30,615 bases of DNA from a virus (lineage: Duplodnaviria; Caudoviricetes): the IMG/VR virus record IMGVR_UViG_3300006105_000077, positions 1 through 30,615 of that record, one strand, 5' to 3'. How positions within the stretch are numbered: position 1 is the stretch's first letter; each line of letters starts with the position of its first letter. The notes under the pieces are model-generated. The model did no database searches. It saw nothing but the letters and a program-made list of their open reading frames with translations, and was not told the origin of the DNA. A program made the position numbers and the translations under genes. Shown one piece after another: positions 9,145 through 16,657 of this stretch.

Positions 9145-9746
9145 CGCTTAACATCACACCTGAATACCGTGCATATCTCGAAGCACAAGTAATGCGAGGC
9201 GGAGAGCGAGGTGCATCCGCGTCTTTGATTCTTATGAAGTATGACCCAGACCAAGCGCGAGACTCAAACGGAGAGTTTGCAAGCGGTTCGTCAGGCGGTG
9301 GTTCGCGCGAAGACCTCACTGGAAAGTACACACCAGCCGACTATGGCGCCGACCCTAAGTTCACTGAAGAAGTTAAAATGGCGCAAGAAGCAATGAAGAA
9401 CGGCGTTACGCCTGAAGAATTCAAGACAAAAAATGTAGCAGAACAAATTAAAAACGCTACTGGAAGAATTACTACTAGCCCATTCCTTGACTTAAATCAA
9501 CGTAGAGACACAGCTTCTGGGCACCGTGCTGCAGCCGGCGCACTTCGCGAAGCTGCAAAACTTACGTCTGACGCAGGTAAAAAAGCGGAGTTTGAACGCG
9601 CTGCAAGTTTGCATGATAAAGCTTATGAGGCGCACGGGAGAGTTTTTATAAAGCAAGACTCGGGCGTCAGTGATATGACTAAATACGAACGAAGCGCATT
9701 TAACGCAACTCAAAAAGCGATGGATGCAACAAAAGGTCTAATGTAG
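9141..9746 (+). CDS. Cassette protein B: leader + RDxxGEF motif + His/Ala-rich payload
   Basis: ITPEYRAYLEA...RGG leader; LMKYDPDQARDSNGEFASG. Confidence 0.7.
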   Translation: MTLNITPEYRAYLEAQVMRGGERGASASLILMKYDPDQARDSNGEFASGSSGGGSREDLTGKYTPADYGADPKFTEEVKMAQEAMKNGVTPEEFKTKNVAEQIKNATGRITTSPFLDLNQRRDTASGHRAAAGALREAAKLTSDAGKKAEFERAASLHDKAYEAHGRVFIKQDSGVSDMTKYERSAFNATQKAMDATKGLM

Positions 9747-10219
9747 TGTCAAACGAATACGAAAACTATCTTGAAGCACTCGCCATTCGCGGCGGGTCTG
9801 AAGGTCTCGCGGCCCAGGAGCAACTGGAAAAGCTCCGTGACGCTGAAGTCAAGAAGTCTAACGAAGATGAAGCACGTGACGAGCATGGACGTTGGGTAAG
9901 TGGCGGCGGCGGCGATTCAAGTAAAGAACACGCTGAGGCGATGACTAAAGCCGCGAACGAAGCAGAAGCTAAAAGTAAGTCGACTACTGACCCTTTAAAA
10001 CGCGAATCATTGCGCGGTCAAGCGAATGCGCTACGCGAAGCAGCGGCTGAGCGCGTTGCTGGTGGACACATTGATTACGTTGGAAAACAAAAAGAAGCGG
10101 ATGCCGCTGAAAAAGAAAGTATGTACAACGGTCGATCGACGCAAGGCTCAGCGTATCATGGTGGACGCTCAGACGGATACGCATATGCGAAACAAATTGC
10201 GTCAGACGGACATCGTTAA
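9746..10219 (+). CDS. Cassette protein C: leader + RDxxGRW motif + Ala-rich payload
   Basis: GTG start overlapping upstream TAG; EYENYLEALAIRGG leader; VKKSNEDEARDEHGRWVSG. Confidence 0.7.
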   Translation: MSNEYENYLEALAIRGGSEGLAAQEQLEKLRDAEVKKSNEDEARDEHGRWVSGGGGDSSKEHAEAMTKAANEAEAKSKSTTDPLKRESLRGQANALREAAAERVAGGHIDYVGKQKEADAAEKESMYNGRSTQGSAYHGGRSDGYAYAKQIASDGHR

Positions 10220-10253
10220 CGTTAGTCGTTCAAAGAAATAGTAAGAAAGCAAA

Positions 10254-11285
10254 ATGAAAAACATTACGCCTGAATACCAAGCTTATCTTGAAGCACTCGC
10301 TCTTCAAGGCGGTGCGCAAGGTCTCGCTGCGCGTGAAACGCTTGAAAAAGCAAAGACCGACTACGACAACATCATCTCCGATCGTAAAGGCGACCCAGCA
10401 AATGAAGACCTTTACAACGTTGTGATTCGCGAAGCAAAAAAGAAGTTTGATGTGTACCCGTCAGCGGTTGCAAATGCTTGGGTCGTTCAAGAATACAAAA
10501 AACGCGGTGGAACATACGGCCCCGTAAAGAAAGCGGAAGTCGCAGTCCCTGAGGGCCACACTGTTGAAGACGTATTGCGTCACGATAAAGGCCATGACGA
10601 TTGGCACGCATCGCACGGTGACCAACCTTGTAAAGATGAAGCAGACTGCGCACGTATGCGTGCAACGTATAAGTCATTTAGCGCAACGCTCGTCAAAGAA
10701 GAAGAACGCGATGAGCACGGACGTTGGACCAGTGGTGGCAGAGAAGCGGCGGCTCAAAATCTAATGGACCAAGCGAAATTTGTCGGTGAAATGGCTAAGT
10801 CGAACGATGACAAAGCTTACGGCATGATTGAAGGACTGTCTCGCGGCGCGCAAATAATTAGAACGTCTGAAAATCCGTCTGCTGAAATCGACAAAATTCG
10901 CTCAGGAATTAGCAGCACTGTCTCATCACACGAGCCGTACGGGTCTAATGAGCACGGACTTGACATTGGCTTACAACGAGCACAAATGCTAATTCCCAAT
11001 TCACCTGAAAGTCAGGTTGACACGTCTAAGTTGAGCCAACTGCTTGGACAAAAAAATCCTGGGAATAACGCGTACGACGGACCAATGCTCGCGCGTCATC
11101 TAGCAGAAGGCGACACAATCAAAGAAATGGGAATGATGCGCAGCACCGGTGTCGTGACGTCAGTCACGCATAATGGTGACGGCACTTTGACTGCTCAGTT
11201 TAATCGACCAGACGGTTCGTACGGCGGCTTTCAGAATTACGGTTTGACGGATATTGTTCGAGTTAATCGTTCAATGAAACAATAA
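10254..11285 (+). CDS. Cassette protein D: leader, DUF5872-like domain, His/Cys segment, RDxxGRW motif, SH3-like C-terminus
   Basis: ITPEYQAYLEALALQGG leader; LYNVVIREAKKKFDVYPSAVANAWVVQEYKKRGGTY; LVKEEERDEHGRWTSGG. Confidence 0.7.
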   Translation: MKNITPEYQAYLEALALQGGAQGLAARETLEKAKTDYDNIISDRKGDPANEDLYNVVIREAKKKFDVYPSAVANAWVVQEYKKRGGTYGPVKKAEVAVPEGHTVEDVLRHDKGHDDWHASHGDQPCKDEADCARMRATYKSFSATLVKEEERDEHGRWTSGGREAAAQNLMDQAKFVGEMAKSNDDKAYGMIEGLSRGAQIIRTSENPSAEIDKIRSGISSTVSSHEPYGSNEHGLDIGLQRAQMLIPNSPESQVDTSKLSQLLGQKNPGNNAYDGPMLARHLAEGDTIKEMGMMRSTGVVTSVTHNGDGTLTAQFNRPDGSYGGFQNYGLTDIVRVNRSMKQ

Positions 11286-11362
11286 GAATAGCGTGATGAA
11301 CACGGACGTTGTCAGTGTCGATCGCTCAAAAAGTAAAACGTAATAACGCATTAAAAAGAGGC

Positions 11363-12277
11363 ATGATGAAAGACACGCAAAAAATAAAAGAGTGGCCCGA
11401 AAGCTATTTTCCACTTTATTTTCGAGTGATGAACGAAAATAAAGTGCGTCTTCGAAAAAATAGCGTAGTGAACATCACGCCATCGAAAAACATCATCGAC
11501 TATTTTACGCATGAAAACGTTGAAACGTTTGTTTGCGATGATAAGTCAATGGTGAAACTTCTTGCGCCTGCGGGCACGTATCACATCACTGCAATTTTGC
11601 GTGACGGTACACTCTTTGAAGACGATTACGTTGTCATGGACCCATTTACTTCTTCAATTACAGAGACGTTCCGTGACGGGCAACCGATTATGTTTCGTCC
11701 TGGGCGATGGGATCGCTACATCCTCAAAGAAAACAGTTACAAACTTCTACCAATTGAAGGCGTGGTTATGGACCTTGGCGCTCACATCGGCACATTTACG
11801 CGTGACGCGCTTACGCATGAAAGTGTGACGAAAGTTATTTCATACGAACCTGACAACACAAACTTTAAGTTTCTTACAATGAACGTTACGTCGCCTAAAG
11901 TAACGTTAATTCACGGTGCTGTAGCAAATGAAGTTGGAGAGCGAACACTTTATTTAAGCTTAAAAGGTGAAGGTGGCGGGTCAGGTCTGCACAGTCTCAT
12001 CCGTGCAACAACGAATAGAGCTCCCATCACGGTGAAAACGTATGACTTTCGCGAAGAACTTGAGAAGCATCAACCGACTACGCTAAAAATAGACATTGAA
12101 GGCGCAGAACGAACGTTCTCTTTTAAAGATTTGCCGTCATCATTGCGTCACATTGCCGTTGAATTTGAGTTTGAACCTGAGATGGAAGAACAAACACGAG
12201 ACATTGAAGCGCAAGGTTTTCATATTCTTCAAGCGACAAAAGGTTGGGCAAAACTTCGCGTTTGGACGAGAGATTAA
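11363..12277 (+). CDS. FkbM-family SAM-dependent methyltransferase
   Basis: VMDLGAHIGTF, SYEPD, KIDIEGAE motifs; AAGAGG RBS before ATG 11363/11366. Confidence 0.85.
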   Translation: MMKDTQKIKEWPESYFPLYFRVMNENKVRLRKNSVVNITPSKNIIDYFTHENVETFVCDDKSMVKLLAPAGTYHITAILRDGTLFEDDYVVMDPFTSSITETFRDGQPIMFRPGRWDRYILKENSYKLLPIEGVVMDLGAHIGTFTRDALTHESVTKVISYEPDNTNFKFLTMNVTSPKVTLIHGAVANEVGERTLYLSLKGEGGGSGLHSLIRATTNRAPITVKTYDFREELEKHQPTTLKIDIEGAERTFSFKDLPSSLRHIAVEFEFEPEMEEQTRDIEAQGFHILQATKGWAKLRVWTRD

Positions 12278-12278
12278 C

Positions 12279-12665
12279 GTGGATGACGCGCAACTCCCTC
12301 TCGATAAGCGAGGGCGCCCTAATCGTTCTTACTTAGGTCATACAAGCGACATCATTCCCACACCGTGGGAGAATGAAGGTGCGTATCTTGAGCCTGGTGC
12401 ACCGCGTCGTTTCCCATTGCGTTCAGTTCGTACGTACGCGCAAGAGAAAGAACGTCGTCGTTTAGCGCAAATTGAAAATGCTGGACGGTGCCAAAGTCGA
12501 GCAAACAAATATGATGCATGGTGTCGCAAGTGGCCGATGAATGGGCTTGACGTATGTCGCTTTCACGGTGGGAAGTTTGCTCACTCAAAGAAAGCCGCAG
12601 CGCGCAATGTTGCAGAGCAGAAGTTGAAGCAGCAAGCGCAGAAGATTCTTCGAAACACGAAGTAG
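12279..12665 (+). CDS. HGGxSTG-like Cys/His domain protein
   Basis: RCQSRANKYDAWCRKWPMNGLDVCRFHGG; GTG start 1 nt after upstream stop (start uncertain). Confidence 0.6.
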   Translation: MDDAQLPLDKRGRPNRSYLGHTSDIIPTPWENEGAYLEPGAPRRFPLRSVRTYAQEKERRRLAQIENAGRCQSRANKYDAWCRKWPMNGLDVCRFHGGKFAHSKKAAARNVAEQKLKQQAQKILRNTK

Positions 12666-12674
12666 AATGTATAT

Positions 12675-12902
12675 ATGCGTACGCGTGATAACTCAACTAT
12701 CATCTCTCTTCGTGTTGAGAAAGCGTTGCACCGTGAATTCACTGCGCTGTCAACAGAACTTGGCGCTTTAACGCCTCGTAAATTGCGCGAAGCGTATTTG
12801 CAACAACTCAAAGAAATGCGCGTGCAAGTGAATGAAAAGCGTGCGCTTCACGGTCGTCCCACATGGGAAGAAGAATTTGGCACGCAGAATGTCGAAGCTT
12901 AA
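12675..12902 (+). CDS. Small protein, possible ribbon-helix-helix DNA-binding protein
   Basis: IISLRVEKALHREF...LREAYL strand-helix-helix pattern; TAGAAT 6 nt upstream. Confidence 0.45.
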   Translation: MRTRDNSTIISLRVEKALHREFTALSTELGALTPRKLREAYLQQLKEMRVQVNEKRALHGRPTWEEEFGTQNVEA

Positions 12903-14559
12903 GGCTGCACTCGAACAAGCACGCGGCATTGTAAAGTACAACGCTGACGAAGAACGAGATAGTCACGGTAGGTTCGCGGGTAGTGGTGGCCAAGGAATAC
13001 CATCTCACTCAGAGTTGATGAGCATGGAGAGGGTTTCAGGGCCTCTTGGGAGCCAAGGCGGTGAGTGGCGTAAGGACGCTAACGGCCAGCAGTATCTCGT
13101 TAAGCCGCTTATCGATGAGAAGCATGGACAAAACGAAGTCGCTGCTGCTGCGGTGTATCACGAAGCAGGCGTACGATTCCCTAACACGGGCGTAGTCAAA
13201 GACGCTAATGGAGACTCTTATCTCGTCAGTCAAAAGATTGATGGGCTCACTCAAAAGAGCGCCGGTGCGTGGCGACGCGACCCAGAACTTCAAGCGCGCG
13301 CAGCACACGACTTCGGCACTGACGCGTTGCTTAGTCACTGGGACGTGCACGGCTTAGAAGCAGACAACACTCTCGTTGCGCAAGACGGTACGCCTACTCG
13401 CATCGAGTCAGGCGGTGCGATGGCGTATCGTGCGATGGGCGGAAACAAAACGACATTCTCCCCTGACGCTGAATGGGTTGAACCGTCATCAATGCGTACG
13501 TCTGACCAAGGCCAAGCGATGTACGGAAACATGACTGATGCGCAAGCGGCCGATTCTCTCGAGCGTGCTGGCAACATCAATCTCGATAACGTTCAATCAC
13601 GGTGGGATGCGATGGGCATCCCTCGTTCAGTGTCTGACCCGTGGATGCAAACACTTCAAGCGCGACAAGCGCAAATTCCTGCGTTAGTTGCGTCATTACG
13701 CGGTGCAAGTAAAGCGTTAAGCGCGTTGAAGCAAGCACGGGCGCTTCTCAAATATGATGAGAATGAAGCGCGTGGTGAAAAGGGAAGATGGGTTGCTGGT
13801 GAAAATACTGGCGCGCATATTGAAGACCTTGCACAAAGTAGAAGTTTCATTAATCGCTTTCACGACTCTAAAGCAACAAATGTCGCTAGAGGAATCAGCG
13901 AAGGCAAAATTAAAGTCGTCTCTGCAACGCATGAAGGTAATACAAGTCACATTGTCACGGCACAAGGTACATTACACGTTACGCGCAATGGTAAAGAAGA
14001 ATGGGCTGGACACTTCTTTCCGAAAGGAATGCCAACTGAATCTGGCACTGGACGAGTCGTATTCTCTGGGAAGAACGTAAGCGGCCTAACAGGACCCGAG
14101 CAACTCGCATTGACTGGGTACAAAGGTGGAATGTTCGTAAACATCAATAATGAATTGCGCGGTACGGGCAAGCAAGAATTAAGTGAATACGATCGACAAC
14201 GAGTAAAAGAAAGCATTACGCAAATCGATCGTATGATGCAACGTTCACCGCTACCTGAAGCGCAAACAGTGTACCGTGGTGTTGCGGGAAAACTTCTTCA
14301 AGGCTTAAAAGTCGGCGACTCATTCACTGATAAAGCATACTCGTCTACGTCACTTTCAAGAAACGTTGCTGAACGTTTTTCTGGCGGTACACGCGGGAGT
14401 GTGCTCGAGGTTTCTCTACCTATTGGGACGCGTGGTATTGAGTTCACGGGTGGGAAACTTGGAAAAGTTGAGCAAGAGATTCTAGTCGACAGAAACACTA
14501 CATACACTGTGACGTCAATTTCTTCTGACGGCACTGTTCACGTGAAGGCTTCACAATGA
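12889..14559 (+). CDS. Cassette protein E: PI3/4-kinase/HipA-like domain + VIP2-like ADP-ribosyltransferase, each preceded by leader + RDxxGR motif
   Basis: Kinase: GSQGG...YLVK, NEV, DALLSHWDVHGLEADN, RIESGG; ART: VYRG, YSSTS, EQE (R-S-ExE). Confidence 0.8.
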   Translation: MSKLKAALEQARGIVKYNADEERDSHGRFAGSGGQGIPSHSELMSMERVSGPLGSQGGEWRKDANGQQYLVKPLIDEKHGQNEVAAAAVYHEAGVRFPNTGVVKDANGDSYLVSQKIDGLTQKSAGAWRRDPELQARAAHDFGTDALLSHWDVHGLEADNTLVAQDGTPTRIESGGAMAYRAMGGNKTTFSPDAEWVEPSSMRTSDQGQAMYGNMTDAQAADSLERAGNINLDNVQSRWDAMGIPRSVSDPWMQTLQARQAQIPALVASLRGASKALSALKQARALLKYDENEARGEKGRWVAGENTGAHIEDLAQSRSFINRFHDSKATNVARGISEGKIKVVSATHEGNTSHIVTAQGTLHVTRNGKEEWAGHFFPKGMPTESGTGRVVFSGKNVSGLTGPEQLALTGYKGGMFVNINNELRGTGKQELSEYDRQRVKESITQIDRMMQRSPLPEAQTVYRGVAGKLLQGLKVGDSFTDKAYSSTSLSRNVAERFSGGTRGSVLEVSLPIGTRGIEFTGGKLGKVEQEILVDRNTTYTVTSISSDGTVHVKASQ

Positions 14560-15398
14560 GTGACAATTACTTTGTATGGGACGATGAAGATGTCGTTATT
14601 CATCGTAATGAAAATGCCACCGAAAAGTCTTTAATGGATGCGTCTCGCGCTGATCGTTTTGCTTGGAGTGAAGATGACATCACTTCTAAAAATAAAGACG
14701 CAAAAAAATCGCTAAGCGTTCTTATTGAAGAAGCACGGGCAATTTCTAAATACAACCCAGAGCAAGAGCGCAACTATCACGGGCGTTTCGCTAGCGGCAC
14801 GAGCGAAGAAACGACTATGATACATCAGTCTGTCTTTAACGGTGCGACACTCGAGCAACTTGAAGAGAAGTACGGCAAAGATAACGCAGAAGTAGAAAAA
14901 ATTGGCAACGCTATTGACGCATGGACGTGGTCAAGAGACACTTCAACTAACATTCGAAATGAGTTCTCTGCAATGCAACGCGGCGAAACAACGAAATCGA
15001 ATGAAGGCGTCAAAGAAATCGCTGACACATTCGCAAGACTGCTAAGTGCAGCGCCACCAGTGGGCGAAATGTATCGCGGAATGTGTTTAAACTCGGAAGA
15101 AGCAGAGAAGTTTCTTCAGCAAGTGTATCAAGGACACGTTGACATCGGTCTTTCATCATTTTCGAAAGAGATGACTATTGCGGATAGATTCTCTGGGCTT
15201 GGCTTAAACGCAGATGAATTAGCGGGTCGCACGCCGTTTCGAATTACCGTTGAAGGTGGTGCGCGAGGCATTGACATTTCTGCGATGAGCCAATTAAAAT
15301 ACGAAAAAGAAATCGTTTCAGCGGGTCGTTTTGAAGTATTACAAGACAAACTAGGAGAGAATGGACAACACTTCATTCGTTTAAGGCAGGTGCAATGA
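14556..15398 (+). CDS. Cassette protein F: ADP-ribosyltransferase (R-S-E clade)
   Basis: ISKYNPEQERNYHGRFASG; MYRG, LSSFS, EKEIV; ATGA overlap with E. Confidence 0.75.
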   Translation: MSDNYFVWDDEDVVIHRNENATEKSLMDASRADRFAWSEDDITSKNKDAKKSLSVLIEEARAISKYNPEQERNYHGRFASGTSEETTMIHQSVFNGATLEQLEEKYGKDNAEVEKIGNAIDAWTWSRDTSTNIRNEFSAMQRGETTKSNEGVKEIADTFARLLSAAPPVGEMYRGMCLNSEEAEKFLQQVYQGHVDIGLSSFSKEMTIADRFSGLGLNADELAGRTPFRITVEGGARGIDISAMSQLKYEKEIVSAGRFEVLQDKLGENGQHFIRLRQVQ

Positions 15399-15556
15399 CA
15401 AAGATTAGTTGGATACCGAAAGACTGGAACCCCACGGTCGACATGCCTTCATTTGCAGAAATGCGTGAAGACATGCCGAAAGCAAATGAAGTGAATGACG
15501 CGGTGAAAGCCGTGCGCAGAGCGCGTAAAGTTTTGCGCGATAAAGAAGTAGAATAA
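15395..15556 (+). CDS. 53-aa hypothetical protein (not in ORF track)
   Basis: ATGA-coupled to F; MTKISWIPKDWNPTVDMPSFAEMREDMPKANEVNDAVKAVRRARKVLRDKEVE. Confidence 0.6.
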   Translation: MTKISWIPKDWNPTVDMPSFAEMREDMPKANEVNDAVKAVRRARKVLRDKEVE

Positions 15557-15560
15557 ACAC

Positions 15561-15800
15561 ATGAGTAAAGTACGTGCAAAAGACACGGGCAAGTATGGGA
15601 AGCATTCGACTGGACTAAGCGTTCAGCCGAGCATTGACCAACTTGACTTGCGCAGCACTACGCGCCCCGTAGTTAATAACTTTCAACGCGGTGAATTAGG
15701 ACCAGACGCAGGACGAGCACGGGCGAACATGCCTGCGGAATCTCAAGGCCCAACCGTACCCACGTTTGGACCTGAGACACCTCCGCACCCACATGCCTGA
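15561..15800 (+). CDS. Hypothetical protein
   Basis: ORF with TAGAAT 6 nt upstream of ATG. Confidence 0.5.
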   Translation: MSKVRAKDTGKYGKHSTGLSVQPSIDQLDLRSTTRPVVNNFQRGELGPDAGRARANMPAESQGPTVPTFGPETPPHPHA

Positions 15801-16254
15801 CTTTGAGTGTGCGGCAGGTTGCTCAAATAGAGGCGTAGAGGCCTCTCAAACCTTGACCATGTCACCCGTCCCACCCGAGGGATGGATTACCTTAGGGCTG
15901 GACATAGCGTCCGCTCAGCCTCCCTATCAGTTTAGGGACGGACGATATAGTGCGATTGTTTGCTCGCTTGATTGCGCAATCACGTTTTTGTCACGGCAAA
16001 AGCGATTGTTTGCGATGGATGTCACGCCTGCGGGTATCGGCTCAAACATTCACGTTCGTGAAGAAACGAGAAGCGACATCACGCGTCGCATCGGTGCGTT
16101 AATTTTGGAAGCGATCGATGAAATGCCAGATGATGGGCGTGCAGTTCTTATTCCGCTTGACCGTGAACGCGACCAATTGCATCGCAATGTTGCAATCGGC
16201 TTACTTTCTTTCGATACTCTCGAGAGCGACACGGAAGAGATCGCGGAAGCGTAG
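15793..16254 (+). CDS. Hypothetical protein with Cys motifs
   Basis: CAAGC...PPEGW...CSLDC; ATG 15793 overlaps upstream ORF end. Confidence 0.55.
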   Translation: MPDFECAAGCSNRGVEASQTLTMSPVPPEGWITLGLDIASAQPPYQFRDGRYSAIVCSLDCAITFLSRQKRLFAMDVTPAGIGSNIHVREETRSDITRRIGALILEAIDEMPDDGRAVLIPLDRERDQLHRNVAIGLLSFDTLESDTEEIAEA

Positions 16255-16653
16255 CGACTTCTTCTCTTCGTGCATAGGCACATGAAGCGCTTTAGCGAGA
16301 GAGTTTAACGTCACCATGTCATCGCGAGGCGATGGCTCAGTAATCATGTGCACCGCTGCGGCAGGCACCATCGCTGTCACGGTGCCTACTTGCGTATACG
16401 CCATTTGCGAGTTAATTGCGAAAAGAGCGCCGAGAGCGAATGCTCGTAACTGCTCTTCGTTAAACGAATCACATTCAATCTTCTCGAGATGTTCGCGAAT
16501 GCTTGCGCGCAATTGTTCAACGGTGACTTGCGCAATGCCTGGGCCAGTTTGCTCCATCGCCATCGTAAACATGTAACGAATCACATCTACCATTTCATCG
16601 TAATTTGGCACTTCGTCCTCTTCATCTTCGATGTATTCGTTGAAGTCCGACAT
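16201..16653 (-). CDS. Hypothetical protein
   Basis: 150-aa ORF, acidic N-terminus, TAGAAT 6 nt upstream. Confidence 0.6.
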   Translation of the reverse strand: MSDFNEYIEDEEDEVPNYDEMVDVIRYMFTMAMEQTGPGIAQVTVEQLRASIREHLEKIECDSFNEEQLRAFALGALFAINSQMAYTQVGTVTAMVPAAAVHMITEPSPRDDMVTLNSLAKALHVPMHEEKKSLRFRDLFRVALESIERK

Positions 16654-16657
16654 GAGA

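Noticed and set aside
8689-10733. Diversity-generating retroelement template/variable repeats
   Set aside because: Shared DNA is only 17-18 bp, there is no adenine-specific mismatch pattern, and no reverse transcriptase is in the window.
11277-11312. Stop-codon reassignment (TAG/TAA read-through) explaining the motif past gene D's stop
   Set aside because: TAA and TAG end many genes normally here, the tRNA-Gln has a UUG rather than suppressor anticodon, and the motif also loses its Trp codon. Decay is the simpler explanation.
12279-12665. Terminase small subunit call
   Set aside because: The HGG Cys/His motif is only suggestive and no large terminase follows it.
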